Positions 15,628 through 29,554 of a stretch of DNA of 64,000 nucleotides are shown one piece after another (position 1 is the first letter of the stretch; each line of letters starts with the position of its first letter). Location: the NCBI RefSeq assembly GCF_009914755.1, contig NC_060947.1; one strand, given 5' to 3'. The position numbers and the translations under genes are program-made. The stretch is from the human T2T-CHM13v2.0 reference genome, Homo sapiens. A model generated the notes under the pieces. That model worked only from the letters and a program-made list of their open reading frames with translations. It made no database searches and was not told where the DNA came from.

Positions 15628-17853
15628 GAGTTGACAGCATCAAAGATTTGGGTACTTTCCAATTTTCTGTTCTACTATCCTCAGCATGTTGTGGACTCAG
15701 GATGGCTGCAGCAGCTCCAAGGCATCAAGGTCTCACACAGCATCCACAGAACAGAAAAGACAGTGATGTTTCAGTGTTATTCCACATTCCCATTCCTGAA
15801 TCAATTAATAGCATGAGGAATAAAATTGCCATTTGAGGTTAGAATAATCTGGATTCATCCCAGACTCCATGGAGCACAAAGACATATAAAACATGATGTA
15901 ACTCTAGGTTCTGTTAGCAAAAATGATTGGCTGAGATTGGCTGTGGGGTGGAAAGATGGGGGAATGGAGGGACAGAGTCATGGTAATTTGAAGATTGGTA
16001 ACCACAGTACATTTGTCATGTATCCAACATGGCCTCAAACAGTTTTGTCAACTTGAAAACCAAATAATTTTGCAGTAACTTTAATGAGTGGCTCTACAGT
16101 TGAAAGCAACAGAAAAACAATGAAAGTTGTGAAGATGTGGATTGTATGGACAATCTGCAGGCAATGGCACCATAGGCTGAGGGGAATTATCATCAGCAAA
16201 CATATCTTACTTGTTCCAAGAATATTTCTTGCAGAAATATTATGCTATTTTTACACTTCTTAATTGAGTGGCATTAGCTGTGAATTATTTTAAAAATCCT
16301 GTTTCCCTGCCAGAATCGCCAGTCTTTGGGTTGACTCTGTGAGTTTCTGAGCATTCCTTCAATAAATCCTTCTCAGCTTAATTTAACCACAGTTTGTTTT
16401 TATTTCTCTTAACCAATAATCCTGACTGGGGTGTTTATCCTCTCCCACAAAAAATTAAAATCTGCTTCAGTAATTCAGAGTTGTAATTATATTCAAATAT
16501 CAGTTCTGATGAAAAGTAGTAATAGGAACTAAATTCTGCTTTAGCAAGGCTAAGAAATAGTATATGTTTCTTCTTCTTTATGTACATACTAAAAAAGTTT
16601 CAGAAAAATGTTTTCTTGTCTTCAAAAAAGTAGATTATCATTACAATTCTATATTGAAAAAAAATTCATATATATTTGTAAGCGGTAAGGTAAAATTCCT
16701 GTTCTTAAAACACATATTCTATCATTAAGATACCCCTGATCATTGAGAACATAGAGATATTCACAAAATATTAAAGAAATAAAAATGAAAGGGGAAATAC
16801 CAGTGGCGTGAATGTAATAAATATCATTCTTATACTTAATTTCTTATGAGCATGCTTTAGTTGAATATTTGACAATTAAAATGATACATTTGATTATTAT
16901 CAATTAAAATATTGAGTATTAACAACAAATAATTAAATGTAATTAAAACAATATTCATAGCAATTAAAATTGTCTTCATTTTTCATTTAAACCAAGACCA
17001 TCAAATTTGCCTTTGTTAAATAATCCTGGACACAGAGGTAATAACAAAATAATGTTACTTTTAGTCTCTGTCATTTAAAACCCAAAATCTATACCAACTT
17101 CTCCAAATATTTATTTCCAAGTGAAAGTCCTGCTGTAGAAAAAAGAAAGAATCAATACTGATAGTCTTTAGCGCTCAATTCAGCTCTTACCATACCAGTG
17201 AGGGAAAGGATTTAAAGTTAAGCTCACTCTAGCAGGTTAAACATGATTTGAAACATGCTCATCAATGCAGTCAATATAATATAGTATATAACTGAAGGAA
17301 GTTTTCAGTAAGTATTTGTGATACATATTATTAGATTTTAAAATACAATTGCTATGATGGAATAATTTATCTCAATATGATAATTTAATATATATTTTTC
17401 TGGATAGCAATGAAAGTATACAACATAAGTTCTATCTGTTTGCAAAAAGAGATTATGAGAACTTAATGGGCTCTTACGAGAGCAATACACTTCATTGCAA
17501 TTATATTTATGGATGGTCCAGCAGAGATACGGATCTCAAGATAATACCAGACTCTTAAACTGCTAACACCATCACCTTAAAAAAAAAAAAAAGTAGCACT
17601 TCCAATATAGGCTTCAGAATACCCTACTGAACATACAAATTTATGAAACATGATTATACAACATTTTTAAACTCTTTTTAAAGAACTTATTTGTCAAGAG
17701 CACTGAGGAAAGGCTATGTTTGTGAGCTATAAGAGACGCATCATCCTGTATGATTATCAAAGTGCCCTCTGCAAAGCTCTCTGCCCCAAGGGAATTCTGA
17801 ATGGAGTAGTTACTAAACAGTGAGAATATGAGATTTATACCTGAGATACCAAT

Positions 17854-19630
17854 ATTTTTTCTTTCATTTCAACTTTTACTTTAGGTTCAGGGGATACATG
17901 CGTAGGTTTGTTACAAGGGTAAATTGTGGGTTGTGGGGGTTTGATGAACAAATTGTTTCATCACACAGGTAATGAAAATGGTACCCAATAGGTACTTGTT
18001 TAATCCTCACCCTCCTTCTACCTCCCACCCTCAAGTAGGCCGTGGTGTCTATTGTTCTCTTCTTTGTATCTGTGTGTACTCAATATTTAGCTCCCACCTA
18101 ACAGTGAGAACATGTGGTATTTAGTTTTCCGTTCCTGCATTAATGCACGTAGGATAATGGTCTCCAGTTCCACCCATGTTCTTGCAGAGGACATAATTTT
18201 GTTCTTTTATATGGCTGTGTAGTATTCCATGGTTAATACGTACCATATTTTTTTATCCCATCCACCTTTGATGGGCATTTAGGTTGATTCTGTCTTTACA
18301 ATTGTGAATAGTGTTGTGACTAACGTACACATGCATGAGTCTTTATGGTAGAATGGTTTATATTCCTTTGGGTATATGTCAAGTAATGGGATTCCTGGGT
18401 TGAATAACATCCGAGCCAAAAGCCAAAAGAAGAATGAAATCTCATTCACGGTAGCTGCATTCACAAAATAAAATATCTAGGGATACAGCTATCTAGGAAC
18501 GTGAAAGATCTCTACAGTGAGAATTACAAAACACTGCTGAAAAATATCAGAGATGACACAAACAAATGGAAAAACATTCTGTGCTCATGGATAGAAAGTA
18601 TCAATATTGTTAAAATGGCCATATTGCCCAAGGCAGTTTACAGATTACCTGCTATACCTATCAAATGGAGTTAGAAAAAAACTATTCTAAAATTCAAATG
18701 GAACCAAATAAGAGTCAAATAGCCAAAGAAATCCTAAGGAAAAAGAACAAACTGAGAGGCATTACACTACCCAACTTCAACCTATACAGTGAAGCTACAG
18801 TAACCAAAACAGCATGGTACTGGTACAAAACAGAGACGTTGACCAATGGAGTGGAATAGAGCGCCCAGAAACAATGCTGCACACTTAAAACCATTTGATC
18901 TTCAACAAAGTTAATGAAAACAAGCAGTGCAGAAAGGACTCCCTTTCTGCAATCAATGATGCTGCAATAACTGGTGAGCCACATGCAGAAGATTGAACTT
19001 GGCCCCTTCTCTTTCACCATATACACAAATCAACTCAAGATAAATTAAAGACTTAAACGTAAAACCTAAAAATACAAAAACTAGGAGAAAATCTAGGTAA
19101 TACCATTCTGGACACAGGCCCTAGCAAAGTTTTCATTACAAAGACTGTAAAAGCAATTACAAACAAAACAAAAATTAACAAGTGGAATCTAATTAACCTA
19201 AAGAGCTTCCGCACACTAAAATACATTATCTACATAGCAAACAGGCAACTGACACAATTGGAGAAAATATTTACAAAGTATACCTCTGACAAAGGTCTAA
19301 TACTCAGAATACATGAGGAACTTAAATTAACAAAAAACAATGAACACTATTAAAAAATAGGCAAAGGACAGGAACAGACATTTCTCAAAAGAAGACATAC
19401 ATGTGACCAACAAGCATATGCAAAAAATGCTCAACATCAGTAATCATTACAGAAATGCAAATCAAAACCACAACAAGACCCCATCTCTCACCATTCAGAA
19501 TGGCCATTATTAAAATGTCAAAAAATAACAGATGCTGTTGGGCCTGCAGAGAAAAGGGAACACTTATACACTGCTGGTGGGAATGTAAATTAATTCAGCC
19601 ACTGTTGAAAGTAGTTTGTAGATTTTCCGA
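17854..19630 (-). mobile_element. L1PA15/16-like element with 5' inversion (3' end on - strand 17854-18403; ORF2 piece on + strand 18404-19630)
   Basis: The two pieces are adjacent in L1 consensus but in opposite orientation; ORF2 C-terminal remnants in ORFs 18665-18859 and 19455-19649. Confidence 0.85.
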
Positions 19631-22600
19631 CATATATTTTAAAAAATAGGTGTTTCTGCCCACCAGGTGTACCCAGAGCCACATACTCCCACCCTGAAAT
19701 CTGACCTCTGATCTGTTTTACAAAGTTGACTTTGTACTGGCATCAAATCCAGATTCTTTCATTTGTCATCGGTTCAACTTCTCACTTGGATAATATTTTG
19801 CTCTTTATTATTGAACTACTTCATGGTTTAAGATGTCTTCCACTTTTAGCAAATAATATGCATATTTATATCAGTATTGTCAAATTTAAAAGACTTTTCA
19901 AAAATGCTATGTTTGATTAATTTCCTTAAATAACTCACTAACCTCTCTGGGTCTCAGTTTTCTCATAATAAATGAGGGGACCAGACTAGTGAAAAATCTC
20001 AGTGCCTTCCTCTTCTGAAAGTATTCTTCACCAGTGTATTAATTTGTCTGTTATTATACTACAATGCATCACTGTGGTTGTGTATCATATTGTATAGCAT
20101 TGTGCCTTACATAGTGCATTGCACTGCCTTTTACCATGTCATGTTACACTGTACCAAATACTATTTCATTTATAGTGATATGTTAACTATGAAGAAGCAC
20201 TTTTAGAACTGGTGGATGTGACAGCAATCAGCAAATGTGAAGGAAAAAGAGAGGAGATCCAGGTGAATTGTTAATCCAAACATCTGCAAAGGGTTTTTGA
20301 GGGCAAAATGATCTTTTATATTTTACATTGCCTCTTGTGTCATTTGTTTTATAAATAATTACTAAATTACTTAAAATCATTAATGGGCAAAGAATAACGT
20401 TATCAAATTAATATTGATAGATTATTGATGCAACCTCTGCTCACATTTGTATTGGCTGCTTATTCAGTTCTGTGAAAGTGCTTTAAATGTTGTTATTATG
20501 TTTAAAGTTTCTCATCCAAAAATAAACACAAATTCTTAGAATGAAAACTATTTCCCTTTTTAGGTAGCTCATTTAAAATTTTAACTGCGTCTTTCTAATG
20601 TTTTTACCCACATTGAAACCACAGGAGAAATAATTCTGGAGAGACAAAGAATACTGCTACTTCATAACTCTGGGTTTGTGCCAAAGGCAATAGAATAATT
20701 AGGGGTCAGAAGACCAGTGTTCAAATCCCAACCTGATCACTGTTATCTTTTGATCTCTGGCAAAGTAACTAAACAGTCTTCCCATCTGTGGAATAGGGGC
20801 AATAACAGCTACCATTTGTAATAGCTATGATTAATATATGAGACAGTATTTGTGAAACAGCTATTTCCTACAGCATTAAAAATGTATATTAAAAATGAAT
20901 TTACTCCTTATGATTAGATTAGCGAATTATTTTATTAAATTCAGAATGAGCAAGCATTTAAAAAATGATTACTATGTAACTTTATTACTTAACTACAAGC
21001 CTTAAAATACACTAATGTTTTTCTGTTCTAAATAACATCAACTACAGCAATTTTAAAAATTCTTGACAAGTATAAAAAAGATAAAAATTATCTATAATCT
21101 CATGACCAAAAGAAACCCAATTAATGTTTTCTTTTATAAAGATTCAAACAATAAATCAACATAGATATGGATATATAGATGTAGACATTATAAGACAGAT
21201 TTATATAACTGGAATATTATATGCATGAATATAAGTATATATACATGTGATTTTAATATATACATGCATAAATGTAATATTAATCGGAGTTCATTCACAA
21301 TTAATCAGAACAGCTACAGTGAACAACCAATTCACATAATTTTTGTGCACCTTTCTGGTTATTTTCTTCCAACAAATTCCTTAGAATAAAATCACTGATT
21401 CAAAGGGTTTGAGCAATTTTAAGATCTTAAAGAAGTTTCTGAAATCATGCTAGAAAACTTTTTATCAATTCACATTTGCATTACAATGTATGAGATTGTC
21501 TTTCACTTGATCCTCATTAAAACTGGACATTACCATTGTTTGTTAATTTGCTTATTTGACAGACAAAAAAATCTTATTTATGTATTTGATATTTTCATTT
21601 ATTTGATGAATGGAAAGCTAGAAGGTTTTTAAGTTTTGTTTTTGTTAGTTTGGTTTGGTTTTGGTACAGTTTTAATAATTTTATAGTCCACATGTTTCCC
21701 CTGTGACTTGTCCTTTTGAGGCATTTGCTTATTTTTTTGAGGGGGTAATTTTATCTCCCACTAATTAATTAATTAAATTTATAAAGATTGCACATTTTCT
21801 CTACTTTTTAAATTATTTTATATTTTAAATGCAATGTTTAAAATGCAGGTTATAAAGCTTTTGCTTTATCCTTTATTTCATTACATTTTTGCCATAAATA
21901 GCCTTATTTATCATAAGATCAGATTAAAAAAATGCATATGCCTATTCTGTTTTAGTTCTTCTAAGGTTTCCTCTTACACATTTATTCATTTAATCCCAGA
22001 TATAGTTTGGATGTGTGTCCCCTCAAAATCTTAACATTAAAATGTGACCTCTAATATTGGAGGTGGGTTTAGTGGGAGGTGTTTAGGTCATGGGGATGGA
22101 TCCCTCATAAATGGCTTGGTACCCTCCTCACTGTAATGAGTTACCATGATATCTGGTTGTTAAAAAGAGTCTAGGACCACCCCATTCTCTCTTTTTCTCC
22201 CTCTCTTGCTATGTGACACAGCTGTTCCCCCTTTACTTTCTGCCATGAGTAAAAGCTTCCTGAGGCCTCACCAGAAGCTGAGCATATGGTAGTGCCATAC
22301 TTGTACAGCCTGCAGAACTGTGATCCAAATAACCCTCTTTTTCTTATAAATTACCAGGCCTCAGGTATTCCTTTATAACAACACAAAATAGATTAATGCT
22401 AAAAATTGGTACCAGGAGTGGAGTGTTGCTGTAAATATACCAGAGAATGTGGAAGTGACTTTTGAACTAGGTAATGGGCAGAGATGGGAAGAGTTTGGAG
22501 GGAACCAAAGAAGAAAGAAAAATGAAGAAAAGTTTGGAACCTCCTAGAGACCGCTTAAGTGGTTGTTACCAAATTACTGATAGAAATGTGGACAGTGAAA

Positions 22601-22670
22601 ATTAGGTTAATGAGGTCTCAGATGGAAATGAGGAACTTATTGGGAACTAGAGCAAAGGTTACCCTTGTTA

Positions 22671-23141
<471 letters not shown>

Positions 23142-23255
23142 TTAGATATTGTAGCAAAGAAATGACTTACAGTTGGAACTCGTGATTATAAGGAAAGAAA
23201 AGTGTAAACATTTAGAAAATCTGCAGCTTAGCCTTGTGGTAGAGAAGGACTCAGG

Positions 23256-23601
23256 TGTATGAGTCCATTTTCACACTGCTATGAAGAAACACCCAAGACT
23301 GGTAATTTATAAAGAAAAAGAAGTTTAATGGATTCACAATTTCACGTGGCTGGGGAGGCCTCACAATCATGGTGGAAGGCGAAGGAGGAGCAAAAGCACG
23401 TCTTACATGGCAGCAGCCAAGAGAGCATGAGCATGAGCATGTGCATGGGAACTGCCCTTTTTAAAATCATCAGATCTTGTGAGACTTATTTACTATCACG
23501 AGAACAGCACGGGAAAAATCTGCCCCGATGATTCAATTACCTCCTACCAGGTTCCTCCCATGACACATGGGGATTATGGGAGTCACAATTCAAGATGAGA
23601 T
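23256..23601 (-). mobile_element. THE1 LTR, missing one terminus, nested in MST-int
   Basis: tgtatgagtccattttcacactgct...gggaggcctcacaatcatgg...acaattcaagatgaga. Confidence 0.85.
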
Positions 23602-23947
23602 AAATCCAGGAAGGCTACAGAGCAAACATTTGATAGAGACGTTGTCATGACTAAAAGATAGCCAGGTGCTAATAACCAAGACAGTGGTAAATAGGCCTGG
23701 AAGGAATTTCAGAAATCTCTAAGGCAGCCCCTCACATCACAGGTCCAGATGCCTAGGAGAAAAGAATTGTTTCAGGGGCCAGGCTCATGGTGCCACTGCC
23801 CTACCCCGCTTTCAGGGGCTACTCTCCACATCCTAGCTGTTCCAGCTCCAGCTGAAGCTCAAAATGCCCCAAGTACAGCTCAGCTGGCACCTTGGAGAGC
23901 ACTAGCTGCTGTAAGCCCTGGTGGCTTCCATGTGGTGTTAAGTCTGC

Positions 23948-24281
23948 AGGTTGCAGTGAGCCAAGATCACGCCATTGCACTCTAGCCTGGGCAACTAAGT
24001 GAAACTCCATCTCAAAAAAAAAAAAGACAAAGAAAAAAAGAGTGATGACCTAAGGTATATGGTGGAAGAAATTTCTAAGCAGAAAATTACACAAGATGGG
24101 GCTTGGCTGAGTCTAACAGCCTTTGATTAGATATTGTAGCAAAGAAATGACTTACAGTTGGAACTCGTAATTATAAGGAAAGAAAAGTGTAAAAATTTAG
24201 AAAATCTGCAGCTTAGCCTTGTGGTAGAGGAGGAAAAAGCATTTTCAGGTGTATGAGTCCATTTTCACACTGCTATGAAGA
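23948..24281 (+). repeat. dispersed direct duplicate of 22965-23287 (Alu 3' end + MST-int + THE1 edge)
   Basis: Near-identical sequence including the idiosyncratic Alu tail a(n)gacaaagaaaaaaag. Confidence 0.95.
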
Positions 24282-25311
24282 TGCCAAGGAGGCTTGGCAT
24301 CTTTACTTAGATTTCACAGGATTTATGGGAAAGCCTGGGTGACCAGGCAGAAGCTTGAGACACGAGTGGAGGCCCTGTAGGGCAGTGCCAAGGGGAAATA
24401 CATGGTTGGAGTCCCCACACAAAGTCCCCACTAGGGCATTGCCTTGTGTAGCTGTGGGAACAAGGCCACCATCCTCTAGACTCTAAAATAGTAGAGCCAT
24501 CAGCAGCATGCACTCTCAGCCTGCAAAAGCTGCAAGTACCAGAGCCCAATCATCACACTGGCGTTTTCCAGGATGTGGGACACGGAGTCAAGGATTACTT
24601 TGGAGCTTTAAGGTTTAATTTCTAGCCTGCTAGGTTTAGGACTCACCTAAACCTTATTGTTCCTTTCTTTTGTCAGATTTCTCCTTTTTGAAATGGGAAT
24701 ATTTACTCAATGCCTGTGTCACCGTTGTATCTTGGTAGTAAATAACTACTCTATGAACTTACAATCTCATAGGTCAAAGGAACTTGCCTTGAGTCTCAGA
24801 GGAGGCTTTGGACATAGAAGCTACCCAAACAGCAATACTTTTCCACATACTTAAATATTTTTATATTTTTTTAAAGGTTTGCAATTTTCTTTAAAAATGT
24901 TCCTTCAGTTTGTGGGTGAAGTTATTGCTTGGTATTATTCTATATATTTTTGTTATTATGAATGGAACATTTTCATGTATCTCCTGCTGTTTTCTGCTAT
25001 TCCAAAATAAGTAATTAAAAAATTTCTCTCTATTTAGTTTCTCTCAATATCTTGTCTTTTAAATTAAGTTGACTCTTATTATAGTCAGTCCTATCTTAGA
25101 AGCTTTATTAACAGCAAATAACTACCTAAATTATTTCTTCATATGCTTTCTCTTCTTAAGAAGCTTTTCATTAAATGAACTTTATTGTATATGTTATTAA
25201 AATATGTTTTCAAATTATCACACTATAACAAATTATGTCATATGGCTATTTCAGGCCTATTACATTCAGACTGCCCCAATAGCTCCCTTTAAAACAACAC
25301 AGAAGGTTACT

Positions 25312-25610
25312 GGCCGGGTGCAGTGGCTCACGCCTGTAATCCCAGCACCTTGGGAGGCCGAGGCAGGCGTATCATGAGGTCAGGAGATCCAGACCATCCT
25401 GGCTAACATGGTGAAACCCAGTCTCTACTAAAAATACAAAAAATTAGCCGGGTGTGGTGGTGGGTACCTGTAGTCCCAGCTACTCGGGAGGCTGAGGCAG
25501 GAGAATGGCGTGAACTTGGGAAGGCAGAGCTTGCAGTGAGCCGAGATCGCGCCACTGCACTCCAGCCTGGGCAACAGAGCCAGACTCCATCTCAAATAAT
25601 AATAATAAAT
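25312..25610 (+). mobile_element. AluY with (AAT)n tail
   Basis: AluY diagnostics; TSD aaacaacacagaaggttac / aaacaacatagaagtttac. Confidence 0.95.
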
Positions 25611-26699
25611 GAAACAACATAGAAGTTTACCAACTGGTATATGTTTATTCGTATTAATGGAATATATTGTATGACTTAAATTGAAGTTTTGAAAATTAAG
25701 ACTATGTAGATTTATTTTCTCTGAAAATATTACCTGTGATACAGGCACAAACTTTTCTTCCAATGGACCCTTTAAAAACCTCCTTATAATGACAAAGTAC
25801 TCAAAAGTAACCAGTCAGAAAAGTTTGCAACTATCAGATTGTTAAAGTACTTTGTATAAAATTAGCTAGATTTAAACAAAAAATATGAATTATTTTTTTA
25901 AAAAATCAAAAGTTAAACATGCCCTTAACCTTACTAAATTTGTTATTCTTCATTGAGATTTCAGTTCCTGGACCCCTCTGTACTCTCTTCACATGCCATG
26001 GGCTCTGCTATGTTTTATTTTTCTTTTCTTTCATAATTCACCTTAGACCCAGTGGTTAACCACTTTAATGCTGTTTTCTCTTAAGCAACCTTGATTCTTT
26101 CGGTTTAATATCCTTTTACTAGACATATTCTGTTAATATCCATATATTAATGAATCCACACATTGTGTTTTTCCTGCTCTGGGTTGCTATATGGTGCTGA
26201 GAAGCTCTTTAATTATACCTATTAGCTCTGACATACGTTTGGACATCTCAGCCTCTTCTGGGCTGTAATAACTGTTTGACAGTCTTTTAACTTGTACCTA
26301 ATCAGTTTTCCTTTGCATTTTCTTGATTGCAAATTCAGATATTTATCACTATTCTCAACACCCCCACCTTCATCATCACAGAAAATGAAGGCTATCAATC
26401 ATGCTTTCACACATCTTTCTTTTCTTCCATATCTAAAAATAATTTAAATTGCTACTCAAACTTCTTATATGTAGTCAGAGTTTGAGATGAATACTCTACT
26501 CTTCACAGTAGTCTTTATCTATTAATGGTTGGATCTTTCCCTTTATATCTACTTCTTGTTATGATAAATAAGCTCCTTTATTTCCTAGATTATCAATTGT
26601 TAATTCCCTTCAAAATACTTCATATTAACTTTGAAACATGAAGTTACATTTTAAAAAATATGCAGAAAGTCTTATAACTTTTCCCATTGAAAGATTACA

Positions 26700-27125
26700 T
26701 CTATGTTCCACACCCTTGATCACAGGCTGTGTGGCTACTTGAATAATAGAATTTGACAGAAAGGAACTCGTATCCGTTTTCATGTTCAGTCTTAAGAAGC
26801 TTATAGTTTCCACTTCTTGTCACATAGGATGTTCTTTCTTGAACTGTGCTATAAGGAAGGCCAGGCACATGGAGACATCCATATAAAGATGAACTGAGAT
26901 ATCCCAGCCCAGTTTTGGTTCAATTACCAACCAACAGCCAGCATCAACTTGCCGTTCATGTAACTGAGCCATCTTGGAAGTGGATCCCCCTGCCTTTAGT
27001 TATACTTCCTCAGTGGACAGTACATAGAGCAGAAATGAGCTTTCACATCAAGAACTTTTTAAATTGTTGTTTTCAGTCCCTAAAGATTGAGGTGGATTGT
27101 AATGTAGCAATAGACCATCACAATA
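26700..27125 (+). mobile_element. MLT1 (F/G/H-like) LTR, degraded
   Basis: ccaacagccagcatcaacttgcc...gagccatcttggaagtggatcc motif. Confidence 0.6.
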
Positions 27126-27449
27126 CTTGCTTAAATGTCTCCCATATTTGAGAAGATAAGCTTGATGAGATCAAAAAGAAATAGTTTAGTCTTCTTTTTC
27201 TTGATATTCAAGTTCTAGAAGAGTTGTATAATAATAATAATATATTATATAAAGTATAATAATAATATATTATACTTTTTGCTCCCTGAACCCATTGTCT
27301 TTTCTGACAATACCACCACATTGAAATTAGAGACTTGGTCATGTTCACTGGTCATATAGAGTATATACCAAACTCTTTATAAAGCATGAGAGAACCTATA
27401 TTATATCATTTCACTCCAACTCTCTAGCACTCATTTTTCACACCATATA

Positions 27450-28093
27450 TATACTGTTTTCTCTTACACATACACGCCTATTGTATTAGTCTGTTCTCAC
27501 GCTGCTAATAAAGATATAGCTGAGACTGGGTAATTTATAAAGGAAAGAGGTTTAATTGACTCACAGTTTAGCATGGCTGGGGTGGCCTCAGGAAACTTAT
27601 AATCACGGCAGAAGGGGAAGCAAGTACCTCCTTCTTCACATGGCAGCAGGAGAGAGAAGAATGAGAACTTAGTGAAGGAGGAAGACCCTTATAAAACCAT
27701 CAGATCTCATGAGAACTTACTCAACTATCATAAGAATAGCATGGGGGAAAACATCCCCCATGATTCAGTTACCTCCCACTGGGCCCCTCCCACAACATGT
27801 GGGGATTATGGGAACTACTATTCAAGATGAGATTTGGGTGGGGGCAAAGCCAAACCATATCACCTATCATATTGTTTAATTTATAAATTAGGCACAGTAA
27901 GATTAATAATAACTGGTAATAAAATTGAATAATTATAACAATATACTATAATAAAAGTTACATGAATGAGGTCTCTGTCTCTCTCCCTCTCAAAATATCT
28001 TATTGTACTGTACTCAGCTATTTTTCTACCTCTCTTGCTCACAGGTAACTGAAACTACAGAAAGTGAAACTTCAGACAAAAGGGGTCTACTGC
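27450..28093. mobile_element. MER44/Tigger7-type DNA transposon fragment interrupted by a THE1 LTR
   Basis: tttaatttataaattaggcacagtaaga...aggtaactgaaactacagaaagtgaaac...ggggtctactg terminal motif. Confidence 0.75.
27482..27861 (-). mobile_element. solo THE1D/MSTA-type LTR
   Basis: tgtattagtctgttctcac...gccaaaccatatca; 5 bp TSD cctat on both sides. Confidence 0.9.
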
Positions 28094-28179
28094 AATTATA
28101 CTTCTTTTTGCTTAGACTGTTAGAAATCTCAAGACAAACTTGAAGATCATAACACTGTGGACTTCTGTATTTGGTGCAT

Positions 28180-29118
28180 GTTTCAGGTACCTATGGCTGC
28201 AAAACAAACCACCCCAAAATTTAATGGCATAATCATTATTTTCTAATATTCTGTGACTTAACGGGGCTCATCTGTTGTCTTTTAGGATCTCTCATGCAGA
28301 TACAGTTAGAAGGAGGCTGGACTAGAGTCATCTGAAAATTCAATTGGACTAAATTTCAAAGATAATGTATTAGTCCATTTTCTGTTGTTATAACTGAATG
28401 CCATAGACTTGGTAATTTGTAAAGAAAAAAGGTTTATTTAGCACATGGTTCTAGAACCCAGTAAGTCATAGAGTGTGGTTCATTTGGTGAGGATCTTCTT
28501 GTTGTGGCATGACTTGGTGGAGAGTATTAGATGTGACAAGGCAAGAACATGTGTGTCAGCTCAGATCTTTCTCTTCTTATGACACCAACATTTTTATCAT
28601 GAAGGCCCCACTCTAATAACCTTATCTAATTCTTATTACCTCCCAAAGGTTACACCTCCAATAAACATATGAATTTGAGGATTAAATTTTCAACCCTTGT
28701 GCTTTGAGGAACATTCAAAGAATGGCATATGGCTTCTTCATCGACATGCCTGGCAACATAGCTGGAATGACTAACCCCACTTTGGGCAGGCCAGACCCAA
28801 TCTAGCTCTCTTTCTCTCCCACCCACACCTGCAGCCTCTGTGCATGGCTTCCTCACAACATAATGGTCATCAGGTAGTGGAACTTTTTAATGACTGCTTG
28901 ATTCATCTAGGGCCAGTATTCTAAGGGAGCCAGGAGGAAGCCACGAGGTGTTTCTGACATAGCCACACAACTTAGACAGCTTCACTTTCACTGCATTTTA
29001 TTGATTAAAAGCAAGTCTTTAGTTCAACCCTGATTCAAGGAGAGGAACTACAAAAAAACATGAATACCAAGAAGTGTGATTTTTTTGTGGATCATTTTTA
29101 TAGACTAGCTACTACAGT
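28180..29118 (-). mobile_element. old MLT1 LTR split by a nested MLT1A/MSTD-type LTR (about 28366-28722)
   Basis: aacaaaccaccccaaaatttaatggc start; nested tgtattagtccattttctgttg...gaacattcaaa. Confidence 0.65.
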
Positions 29119-29554
29119 ATACTTAGATTTTTTTTCTTAGAGTAGGTTTTCTGCTTTATTATTTTATAATATGTTTTTTAATTAAAGGTGATTTTTACTG
29201 TTTTATGGAGAAGCCAAGTAATATTAAATGATAAACTAATGGTACAGATGTAATAATAACACTATATACACAGGATGTTATGAGAATTGCTTGAGTTAAT
29301 AAATATGTGAATAGTTTGTAAATAAGATCATACTAGTGTAAAGGTATATTTAAAAATAGTGTGTCATGGGAGTTCCTGATTTTGTTAAAATTGTAAGAAT
29401 TTTTGCTTCAGACCAATGGTCTTAATATCAGCCAAGTTATTCACAGAGTGTTTAATGAGATAATACAAACAGCCTTTAGTAAATTGGGCAGAAGCAAAGA
29501 GAATTATGTCTTAGTAAAATTTCTGGAAATTTTCTACATAGTTCTATAAAAATC

